This document shows positions 15,501-27,986 of a stretch of 64,000 nt of DNA, piece after piece (within the stretch, counting starts at the first letter, position 1; every line of letters starts with the position of its first letter). Under the pieces are notes generated by a model. That model saw only the letters and a list, made by a program, of their open reading frames with translations, was not told the DNA's origin and did not search any database. A program made the position numbers and the translations under genes. The DNA comes from Zootoca vivipara (taxonomy: Eukaryota), in NCBI RefSeq assembly GCF_963506605.1, contig NC_083283.1, positions 24,614,001-24,678,000 on the forward strand, written 5' to 3'.

Positions 15501-18500
15501 AAACAGAGCTTATGGGTAAGTGCAAATTGATTAATTGAGTTCTTTATTTAGAATATAGACACCCTGCTTTCTAGCACCTAGAGCCTCTCAAAGTAAATTA
15601 AACAAAGGCTTACATAATATTCTCAAAGTCAAACTCAAATTTGGTACAGGAACAAAAATTACATGGTGTACATATGGGGCCTGGAGTATCCAGGCTCTCA
15701 TTCTTGTTCTTCTGTGGTGTCATACCAGGCAGTCGCTCCCCCAATGTCATCTGAAGCAAGGAGGTGATTTGTATCTCACTGAGTCCTATGATAAAGGCAA
15801 GCTTTCCCTTGTTGGCAATTCCCATTTGCCAAGTAATAGCTCCATCTGAGGCAAGGGAGTTGGGCCGAGCAGCTGGAACTTGCTCAGCACATAGTGAAAC
15901 TAGTCTTCCTTTTCTGGAAGTTAGCAGCTACCTACCAGTGGTTATTTGAACAGCATTTTAAATTTGGAAAGTATTTTGTTATGTTCTCCTTCCCAACAAC
16001 TCTGTAGCTCCCATTATAGAGATGTGGAAGAAACTTTCCCTTGGCCACAGAATGACGGAAAGACTTGAACTTGGGTCTCCCAGATCCATCCAGCACTATC
16101 TCCTGGAATCAGCCTTTTCGAAAGCTTAGGACAGTATGAGAACTCAGAGAGGGATCTAGATTGCGTCAAGACAGTGTCCATAGCCAGAATGCCAGGGTCA
16201 TTTGACCCCGATGAACTGGTGAGTGGATTTGTGCAATCCTAATACAAGGCTAGCACAAAGCTGGAAAGTTCGTTTAGTTTGAAGTGAATTGGCAAACCAT
16301 AGCTTGGAGACAGTTTTGGTTAGCTCCAACCCTTATTTGCCCTGTTGGGGTATTATGTCGAAGTAGGATTAGAACAAATCAGGAAAAGGAAGTAAGAAGT
16401 GTGCTCACCCACGTCTTCCCATGGTGGCAGTTTTCTGTCCCTCTTTCCCAAAAGTTACTTCCAAGGTTTGGGGAATCCCTTTAGAATCCCTTTAGTATTG
16501 AGCGTGGTGAAAGGGGATGTGGTTTTGCAGCGGGGGGTTGATGGAAACCAGGATCTTTATTGACTCCAAGCATTTATGATCATTTACCAAATCTGTGCAG
16601 TGTCAAATAGCACATGTGTGATGGAGGTGCAGTCACAGATCTGCACGCCTCTTACATATGTGATGAGCTCGTCTGAAATTACAAATGTGATGGTTAAGAT
16701 AGTGTGTGTGTGTGGGGGGGAAGTATAACAATGTATGATTTACCTTTGGATTCAACAATGCTAGGTTTATTAGATAATGGCTTGATGAGATGTCATGATA
16801 ACTATTGGATTGAGAATGAGCTGTGTGCTTCCTCATTACCCTTCTCCACCTCCACTTGAGTTGTGGCTTATTAATTTTATAGTCAAATACTATTAAAAAG
16901 CTCCCCACTTCTTTACTTCTTGCAGATTGTGGCTATATGATAATTGGTATTTTAAGGCTTGATTATCTTGTTTATTGTAGTCCTGTAAAATAATTTTTTA
17001 CACTTTGGCTTTCTTCTCAGTGAAACATCTCCTCACACATTTCAGTTAGACCTGTTTTTCAACAATGTCAGCAAACCAAGTGCCCCTGTATTTGACAGGC
17101 TGGGAAGGTAAGCATTTATATAATTCTTTCATAATCTTGGTGCTATTGTAAGACTTAACCAGGGCTAAGGCAAGCCGTGTAAGCCTGGCTACTAGTTTCC
17201 CTGTGTCTTGTTTATGAAGAAAACAGTTGAAGTAAATGAAAATGTAGGCTTTGAGTTTCTCTATTCTGCTACTAAATATAAAAATAGATAATTGTCATTC
17301 TCATTAGATATTGCTTGAAAAAAGTACCATTGTGAATCTGGTTGTAAAATATGTTGGTGCAGTTTCTTTGAACCTTAACAAATATGTCTATTTCAACAGC
17401 CTGGAGTATGATGAGAACTCTTCAATAATTTTCAGACCTAATGCCAAGGTAACAATCACTTATAAATTCTGAGATTGACCCTTCTAGTGACAACTGTACA
17501 GCGAGAGCCTGGTAACCTCTACACTGGGCTGTGTTGTGATGGGATGTTCTTGGGGTACTTTTGAAGACTTCTCAGAAAGCTTCATTAGTGCAAAACATAG
17601 TTGCTAGGTTTTTCACTAGGGCCAACTATAGAGAGCATCTCTCAACAGTTCTCAAACATGCATACCAGTGCCTAGTCTGTTTCCAAGAGCAGTTTAGAGT
17701 GCTGGTTGTTACCTATCTGAAGGACTGCCATCTACCTCATGAACCTGCCTCAGTCCTTTGAGTCTCCTCATCAGAGTCCCACAATCATTTGAAATAAGGA
17801 GGTGGTGAGCAGAGCAAGTGCCTTCTCAGTCTTGGAGGATCACATTTGGAATGCCCTTCCCCAGAGGTGCTCACCTGGTTCCCACTCTCTATTAAAAACA
17901 AAGTGCCATCTAATAAATGCTCTAGGGAGAGGTATGATTAGCTTTAGTCCATTGTGCGATGCAGTGCAGGCCATCTGAAGCCCATTAGAAACATTTGGTC
18001 TGAGTGGGCCAAGTGCACATGGTAGGGGGACCAGCATTTATGTAGCCAGATGCTGTCTCACGTGTGTGTGTGTTAGAGAACCTGTGCATGTAGGCCAGCC
18101 ATGGGGAACCTCTGGCTCACAAGCAGAAGGTGACCTTTAAGTCCTCTCTATCTGACCCATGGGACTCTCATCAAGTCACATTCCTCTGTCCAGCCCATGC
18201 CCCTCACATCACAGCTCACTGTCTTTCTTTTTTTTAAAAAAGCTGAGGCTTTCAAAACTATTACAGGAGTCTGTGCCTCATGTGTTTGCAAAGTGCATTT
18301 ATATCTACTGTAACATAATAAAAAAATTCCTTCCAGCAGCACCTTAGAGACCACTAAGTTTGTCAATGACAAACTTAGTTGGTCTCTAAGGTGCTGCTGG
18401 AAGGAATTTTTTTATTTTGTTTTGACTATGTCAGACCAACACGGCTACCTACCTGTAACTAGAACTACTGTAAGTGAAATATAACAATGACATAGCTGGA

Positions 18501-21500
18501 ACTATATTACATTGCAAATGTATACTGGTCCTGTTCTTGTAGGGTAGGTGCAGCAAGTTAAAGGTTTATCTTTGTTTCTTTTATGTTCTCTCTCATTTAA
18601 AAAACAGGTCAACACTGACGGATTAGTTCTGAGAGGCTGGTACAACTGCTTGACACTTGCAATATATGGCACTGTTGACAGAGTAATAAGCCATGATAGG
18701 GACTCTCCCCCTCCGCCGCCACCGCCGCCACCCCCTCCTCAGCAACAAGCAGCTTTGAAAAGAACTCCGAAACCTGGTAAGCATTCCAAAATGAATCCAA
18801 TTAAAATTCTTTTTTTCTTTTAAAAGAAATGCAAATAGAAGGAAGTGATTCCCCCCCCACCCGCATAGAAGTTAAATAATCTACGTCTAAAACGTTTGTG
18901 TCTCATTACTTCTTTCAGCTGAAGTTTTTGTCTGTGATCTGTAAGTTAATGCATGCACCACTACAGTTTTTTACTGAGTGGTTCATTTTCAGCAACTTCC
19001 CACAGGCTTCCCACGAATTTATTTATCTTTATTTATAAGCTCATTTATATGCTTTTTTTTTACAGCTGATGGAGAGAAAGAGGATCAGTTTAATGGCAGT
19101 CCTCCACGACCACAGCCTAGAGGCCCAAGAACTCCACCTGGCCCCCCTCCTCCTGATGATGATGAAGATGAGCCAATGCCCGTATCAGGTATTTTGGAAC
19201 TTAACTTTCTTTCCATTTCTTTCTCACTTGTGTCCAGATGCATGCATAATTTAAGTGAGGAGAAAGTGTTGCTGTTTTTCTAGTAAGTATATTTTCCAGC
19301 TGCAACTGAATTCACCACTGGGAAGTAGCAGTTGTGACAGGTGCATTTATTAGGCTGCTCCATACGGGAGAATTGGCAAACATCTGTGCAGTATTGGTCC
19401 ATGGAGGCTAACCTTGCCTTAAAACTACAAAACCAAAGCAGCAGTTTATTAGTGTCCTAGCTTGAAGATTTAAATTGTATGGAAAATACACAGAATTCTC
19501 TTAGCAGAACATTAAATTATACCATGGGTATTATTTGTTTAGCTTTTGTTGTTGTCTGCTTTCTCTTTGAAAAAGACAGTTGTTTAAATTAATTTTGCTG
19601 TGGATTACATTATTTCCAGTGGTTGGGGAGAAAGATGACGTCGTTGATCACAGAGAGGATTACTTTGAGCCCATATCTCCTGATCGAACATCCGTTCACC
19701 AGGAGGGTCCATATTCTGATGAAGCAGAAGTGGAAGAAGACCAGCCCGAAGAAGTGGATGATGAAGAGGGGGTGGATGTTGAGGAGGAGGAGGAAGATGA
19801 AGAGGATGACGATGGTCAAACAGTAGAGAGCATTCCAGAAGATGAAGAAGAGGATGAAGAGGAGGAGGAGGAGGAGGATGAAGAAGAGGATGTTGAAGAA
19901 GAGGAGGAGGGTGAAGGTAGGCAAATACAGAAACTGAGGACTGAGTTGCACGTGCATACATGTTCTTTCATCACTTCATCACAGAACAGTTGATTTTCAG
20001 CTGAATGTGTGAACTGTCCCTATTGAAAAATATTGAGTAGTGTTCAAGCTTTACTGATAATAGGTCTATTGAAGTTAATGCACCTAATGTCATGTTCATT
20101 AATTTCATTTGGTTTACCTTGAGTAAAATCACCGATTGTTTGATTTGACCGGGGTATGCAAACGTTCTGAGTTACTTAACCTGTGTCAGTCAGTTTACGC
20201 CAGTTGTCACTAGAAGCTAATAATGATAAGTGTTCTGTGTGTGTGATCTGGTCCTGAGACAGTGGAATATATGTAGTATTTTTTTGGGGGGGGGGAAGCC
20301 AAGCACTTCAGAGGACACTAGGGAAGGTTTTGTGGCGTATAGGTTTTCTACCTTTTCTATCAAAATATTATTTGTGCTATAACTGCAGTTGCGAGTCATT
20401 GTCTTTTCATGTTTGTGGTCCTTGTTGATGGGCATGGTCTGACATACAGTAACACGAGAGATTGTGGAACTCCCTTCATTAGGAGATATGACTGCCTCCC
20501 TTACTCATGAGTTTTAGACATCAATTTAAACACTTCTCCATATGAGGGAGGTGCAAAGCGTGGTTACACAAAAGGAGAGTTTTTCAGTGGTGGGCCCCCT
20601 TTTCGAAATACTCTCCCTAGGGAAACTTTCCTGGTATCATCAGCTTTTGGGTGATAGATGCTTCTGTTTGCTAGACTTTTGGTGCTTCAGTTAGTCTCTG
20701 TTGTGCTGCTTATCTTTTAGTGGGGTACAGCAGGGCTAATCCTCAGATGAGCATTTTAAGTGTTTTGTATTGTACATTGTTTTTCAGTTTGACTTTTAAT
20801 TCATTTAAATTATTCGTATTTTATCTTGTTGCTTTAATACTTTTTTGTATAAAGTGACTAACAAATACTACAAATAATCTTTTCATACAATCCTTTGGGT
20901 GAGGACTGTTAGCTGGATATGGTGGTTTGAATGTTACTGGGGAATGGATTGAGTGGTTTCCTTATATTTTAGTCTGACTGTATTGTGGTATTCACCACTT
21001 CAAGATCCTACGAGATAGAGGGTGGTCTTAAAATAAATAAAAACCAAGCTTAAGAATTTTCCTTGTGGAGATAATCTAATTATATGGTACAATTATATAT
21101 TTCTATTGTTAGTTGATACCTTTTGGTCTTGTGTGTGAGTGCTTAGCTGATGGGTTGGCAAGGCATCCTGCAAATGTTTTACTGCTGGGGCTCCCATGTT
21201 TATGAGCAAAAGGGGAGAAGATGGTTTATTTTTCAAAGCTGTAGTTAATGGATGTGTGTAATTTGTTGCTTATTTTGGTTCAATGGATTCAACAAGATAA
21301 TTTTAAAACTTTTCTTTTCAGGGGATGATGGTTATGAGCAGATTTCAAGTGATGAAGATGGAATTGCTGACTTGGAACGTGAGACGTTTAAGTACCCAAG
21401 CTTTGACATTGAGTACACTGCTGAGGATCTAGCCAGAGTGCCACCTGTGACCTATGATCCTTTTGATAGGGAACTTGGGCCTCTTCTGTACTTTAGCTGT

Positions 21501-24500
21501 CCCTACAAGACTACTTTTGAAACAGAAGTTGCTAAGATGAAAGATCAAGATCCAGACAAGGAAAATTCAGGGGCAGTTGAGACCTCTACTAAATTGACTG
21601 AACTCCTAGAATTATATCAGGAGGAGAGGGGTGCAAAGTGGGTCACTGCTCTGGAAGAAATTCCAAGTTTAATAGTCAAAGGGCTTAGCTACTTGCAGTT
21701 AAAGGACCCAAAACAAGATTATATAAGCCAGTTGGTTGACTGGACAATGCAGTCATTAAACCTACAGGTAGCCCTGAGACAGCCGATTGCTTTGAATGTC
21801 CGTCAGCTTAAAGCTGGGACAAAACTTGTCTCCTCGCTGGCAGAATGTGGAACTCGAGGGATAACGGGCCTGTTGCAAGCAGGAGTAATTAATTCTCTAT
21901 TTGAACTGCTCTTTGCGGATCACGTCTCTTCTTCTCTTAAACTCAATGCTTTCAAAGCTTTGGATAGTGTTGTTAGCATGACTGAAGGAATGGAGGCATT
22001 TTTGAGGAGCGGCTCAGAGGTGCATGAAAAAAGTGGTTACCAGAGACTACTGGAGCTCATCCTGCTGGATCAGACCGTAAGGGTCGTCACTGCCTGCTCT
22101 GCAATTTTACAGAAATGCCACTTCTACGAGGTTTTGTCCGAGGTCAAAAAGTTTGCTGACCACTTAGCGGAATATCCTCCATCTCTTCCTAATCACACTG
22201 AGCCTGAGCAGGATACGGACACTGGACTTGAAAGGGGTAGCCAGGAATATGAAAATGATGTGGACACTCCAATGGATATGGACAATCTTTTGGAGTCCTC
22301 CAGTATGAGTGAAGGAGAAGTGGAGAAACTCATTAACCTTTTGGATGAGATCTTGCATTTGATGGAGACTGCCCCTCACACTATGATCCAGCCACCAGTG
22401 AAATCTTTTCCAACAACAGCACGTATTACGGGGCCACCAGAAAGGGACGACCCTTTCCCAGTGCTCTTCAGGTGAGTGGCCTTACTTTTTTATATGTTCC
22501 AATTTGTTTGCTTTCTGCCACTTGGTTGTTGACACAAGTACTTGCAATGCATGTTATGTGTGCTACTTAATAAGGGTCTTTCAATGTTGGGAGATGTTTC
22601 AGCCTAGATTGTTGTCTCTTTTTCCCCTTTCCCTTTCCCTCTCTGTGTCTTCTGTCATGCCATCTCATAACTAAACAAAACTCCTCCACTGTCTTCATCA
22701 AGTCTCTTCACTCTAATCCTTTAAGTCAGTGAGGTGGTGGTGAACAGTGCCAGACTTGAACTGAGAAGATCTGGATTCAAATTCCTGCTCACATTTGAAG
22801 ATTAGTGAATGCTTGTGGGCACATCACAATTTCTCAGGTTCTAATGCAGTGTTCCTTATTTCCACTGGTTCCGTTCTGAGTAAAACTTTATTGAATCCCA
22901 CCCAGAGTTGTACACTTCTGCAGCTATTTCACATACCATTGCATTGAAAGTAGTAATAAAAAAATTCTGCCGATGTACTATATTTTTTAATGGAATTCAG
23001 CATGCTGCTTCTTACATTATTTCCAGGTACCTTCATAACCACAATTTCTTGGAATCTGTCACGTTGCTATTATCCAATCCAATAACGAATGTGCACCCTG
23101 GAGTGCTGCAGACCACCAGGGATATACTGAGGTTTTTGGCACAGTCCCAGAAGGGCCTTCTTTTCTTCCTCTCCGAGTACGAAGCCACAAACCTGCTGGT
23201 TCGAGCCTTTTGCCATTTCTCTGACCCTGATCAAGAGGAAGGTCTCCAGACCGATGGGGCTAGCGATGAAGCCTTTCCCCCATGGCTTCTTCATTCAACA
23301 CAGACGCTGCAGTGCATTTCAGAACTATTCTGCCATTTCCAGCGCTTCACAGCCACTGATGAAACTGACCATTCAGATCTCCTGGGAACGCTTCATAACC
23401 TTTACCTGATCACTTTTAACCCCGTGGGAAGAGCTGCTGTTGCCCATGTCTTCAGCCTTGAGAAGAATCTCCAGAGTCTTATTACTTTAATGGAGTTCTA
23501 TTCCAAAGAGGCTTTAGGGTAATTATAATATTTTTAAACATTGCTTCAGGTTTTATGCTTTTAAATGGATGTTTGCAGGTTGATGTAGGTTTCACAAACT
23601 TTTAATTTGGGATTGTTCCTCGTTACGGAACTTTGCTGCAGTACAGAATCCAACTTCTTACCCTCCTCACTTTTCTCCTTTTACAAAGCATTCCCTTTAA
23701 AGAAGTGAACCAGGCTTTCCTGGTTCTGGGGTGGTACATGCTCATTCCTCAGCATAGTATGAGGATATGTATGGGCTGGCCCATGAGTTAGTAACCTCTT
23801 CATCCCAGTCAATGCTTGGCGATTTGGCTCTGATTGCTGCTGGGCAGAAAGGAAATCCTTGAGATGTTTAAACAGATTTCTCACCCCCCCTCTCCAATCC
23901 CTGCTTTTAAATGGGTGGGCTCAGGATAACTAGGTTTGAAAATATTAGCTCTGCAGCATATGAAGCTGTGCTACTTCCTCTGAAAAAACCCCCACAAAAA
24001 CACCATGGATGACATGAAAGAATAGCTAAAAGCAAAACCAAACATTTTAAAACCAAGGAACGAGGGGAGAAGTGAGCATGTTGTGCTTCCTCCTCATGTT
24101 AATATCCTGTAAGATTGATCTTTTGCATATCACACCACCAGTGTGGAGATTTGCAAGTTATCTGCGCAGAAGTTCTATGTTGCATGTGACAGAAATATAA
24201 CAGGAAGTGTAAGCTGCATGGCTATTTTCTGATTCCTTCATGTTGTCGTTATGAGAGCATTTCATGCTTGCTTGAGACTGGCTACACAGATCAAGAGCAT
24301 AATTTAGATAAACATATTTTATTATCCAGGATAATATACTGTAGTTAAATTCACAATCGAAAGAGTGGGGTTTTCAGATCAAAGTGGCATACACAACTTT
24401 AGCTTGTGCTAAGGAGGTGAATGTTTGCCTGTGGCATGGCTTATATGCGTTTGAAATCAGAGCTGTTCTATTCTTTATCCCTCCTGTAGGTTACTGATTC

Positions 24501-27500
24501 TGATCAATATAATTGACTTTTCTGTTTTGAGTTCTGAAAAGATTATGAGAAACTAAGTGGAGAAGTTAGGAGAAAAGGCTGAGTCAATCAATCACATGCC
24601 AATCATTTGCAAACTCCCACTTGTAGTATGAACTTTTTTCTTCTCCATACAAAATAATCGTTTTGTAAATGAAAATCTGAATAGTATTCTGTAAGTATAT
24701 ATGTACGGATTCAAATGTGAAGTGTGTCATAATTTTCAGAAAAATCTGTTTCAGCGATTCCAAGTCAAAGAAGTCAGTTGCCTATAATTATGCTTGCATC
24801 CTTATTCTGCTGGTGGTTCAGTCCTCCAGTGATGTCCAAATGCTTGAGCAGTATTCAGCACCGCTGTTGAAGCTTTGCAAAGCTGATGAAAATAACACCA
24901 AACTGCAAGGTACAGTATGTGTTGTTAATGGGGCAGTTGCTGGAAGCAGTTTAGGAGAAATCTTTTTGGTGTCTGCTAAGGCTCTCCTGACCTTCTGGTT
25001 TTTGATAATGCGAGTAATGAGATTCCTTTGGTAAATACAGATTACTAGAAAGGCTCATTGAAAAACTCTGCAGCTTTTTTCCTAGTTTCAAAGAAGCTTT
25101 GAAACACAGAAAGTTCTCTTGTTTGTGAAGTGTACTGTTCATTGGTGGGAGTCATTCAGTAGCTGCAGAAAAATGTTCAGTGTTTGAAATCTTCTAAGGA
25201 AGCAACGTAGGGGGCTCCTGTTCAAAGAACAAACTACTGTTTATTCCTGCGTATATTCCTACTTTTTAACCCAGGAAAATCTTCTCAAAAGTCGGGGGTC
25301 ATCTTATACGCCAGGCCGAATTTCTTATACGGCGAGTATATACCAAAATCTATATTTTAACTGGAAAAGTTGGGGGTCGTCTTATACGCCCAGTCATCTT
25401 ATACAGTGGAATACTAAAAAAAGTCACTAGACATTGATGATGACCAGAGAGCTTCCATTGTAAATGTGTTTCTCAAATTGGAGCTGTTGTAATCTTGTCA
25501 TGCCCACTTCAAGACAATGACGATGAAAGGAGACCCCTTTGTGTGCAGGCTTTTACATTACATGGATTCTTTTACTATTCGTGGCTTTTAAAAGTCCCAA
25601 GCAGCCTTAGGTCAGAATATCTAGGGAACCCCACCTGCCCATGTTAGCCTGCCAGGGACCTTCATTCCACTTCAAGGATCTCCTTCAGTCCTGCATCCGA
25701 AACAAGGCAAATAGGAGGTAGGAGAGAGAGCCTTTTTGACTTATAGTGCTGAAGATTTGTAAAGACATCTCAATAGGTGTGCCTGACTCCTTCATGACCT
25801 GCTTTTAGGCTGGTGATAAAGGCAACATTACAAAAGTGTACCTTTATTAGAATTTTGATTTTTATCATGAATTGTGCTGTTTTAAAATGCTGTGCTGATT
25901 CTGTGTTTTTAAAGCTCTGTTTTGGTTTTCCACCTGCCAGTACTTCCATTGAATTTTCAGTCTGTTTTTGTTTTTGAGAGACAAGATAGCCTTGGCTTGT
26001 ATATAATTAATAAGAAATTCAAGTTATTCTGAGCTGAGGAAAAAAACTTTCATTTTAGAATATGGACACAGGAGGCCTTTGTAGCTAAGATGGGGTTTAA
26101 TATTGAATATTCAAGAGATTAAATGTTTGAATTATGCTGGGCAAAATTGCCTTTTGGGACAAACAGATGGTCATGGTTCAGATACTTTTTATGGCATTGA
26201 AATCCAATATTAAAACCTTTTCAAAATCCTTCTAAGACTCATACTAAAGCTGCAACCACATATGTTGCAGTAAGTTGAATTGAAATCATAGGGATTTCTT
26301 CCCATGTAAATATACATAGGATAGCAGCCCAAGTCATACTGATTTTTTTCCACTGCTGAATAGAAGTGAACCTTTTTGATTGTTTTAATGGAAATAAGCT
26401 AACTTTTGATAAAGACATCCCTGGACCTATAGAAAAAGATCTTCAGCAGTGTTCTTGGTGCTCTCAGCTGAAGAAATCAGCTGAAATGTGGTATAATAAA
26501 GAATAATTTCAGACTGAAACAAAATAAAAAACGGGCTCATATTATGCATTGGTCTTGATTCTTTGAATTAAAGCAGTTTTAATGTTGTATTAAAAGTTAA
26601 CTTGATTTATATACAAAGGCCTGTAGCTTTAATGTTTGTCACCATATTTCTGGAATGCACAATTTTACATAATGCAACATTCTTCAAGTTGCCTTGTTTG
26701 TTTTAGAACTTGGTAAATGGCTGGAACCCTTGAAAACACTTCGGTTTGAAATTAATTGCATCCCAAATCTCATTGAATACATTAAACAGGTTAGTAAAAA
26801 CCATTCTCAATGCCTGCATTTTCTTAAAAATCCAATCCTAGCTATTTCATTGGTTGATCTTTTGCATTGTATATAAAGGAGGAAAAATTCTGTGTTTTCA
26901 CAGTTCCAAACGCATAAGGAAGGCATAGGCAAACTCGGCTCCCCAGATGTTTTGGTACCACAACTCGCATCATCCCTAGCTAACAGGACCAGTGGTCAGG
27001 GATGATGGGAATTGTAGTCTCAAAACATCTGGAGGGCCAAGTTTGCCTATGCCTGGCATAGGGTTATCATAAAGTTTGCTTGGTACTCCTTTATCAAGAA
27101 ATGTTTAGTTACAAGTACATTCTATATTGGACCATTTTGTGTGGTGTTTTTAGTATAATCCTCATAATAACATTTTTTAAAAAGTAGTCAATGTTTTTCA
27201 AGAAGGAATTGTTGGTTCTCTGTTTCTAAGTGTCCTTTTTGAAGAGCAAAACTAGATGTGACTTTATTAATAGAACTGCTAATTCAATGCAGTTTTTAAA
27301 ATGTAAATAGTAGCTATGGGGAGCTATTTACTTAAAACATTTTTGTAATTACTGTATCTAGTTTAGCTCTAAGGTGTTTTGTGGTAACCTTCCATTAGAA
27401 TTTTCAGTCCTTGTGTTACTTTTACTTGGATGCCTTATATAGAAAGGGTGGGAAGAAGTTTTGTAGACCACTGCCCCACTTTGATGGACCACCGAAATAC

Positions 27501-27946
27501 TGGCAAGTAGATTGGATCAAAGACGGACATTGGTTTGATGCAACAAGATGATACTTAACATTCCTAAGCAAAAGAATGCACAATCAGAATAACTTAGCCT
27601 AGATTAGTTATTCCTTAGCTGTTTTTTAAAAAAAGTTCTGTGTTGAATAAGTCAATAGATTAAAGGCATTTTAGTAAAAAAACCCTAATGGCACTAACAC
27701 TCAAGTTTGAAGTCAGCCTACCATTTGTTGCTCAGAAGCAAGATAAAGTTCTCTATTGCACCCATTTTTGGGGAATATTGATCTTTAATAACATGAGTCT
27801 TATTTTTCAAATTTTATTTTAAAGAATATTGATAGCTTGATGACCCAGGAAGGAGTCGGTCTTCCTACTGCACTTCGTGTCCTGTGCCATATTGCATGCC
27901 CTCCACCTCCTGTTGAAGGTATAATACTTGCTTTTAACATTGTTCC

Positions 27947-27986
<40 letters not shown>

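Noticed and set aside
19605-19961. His/Pro-rich and Leu/Phe-rich antisense ORFs
   Set aside because: Shadows of the VIRMA poly-Glu/Asp exon.
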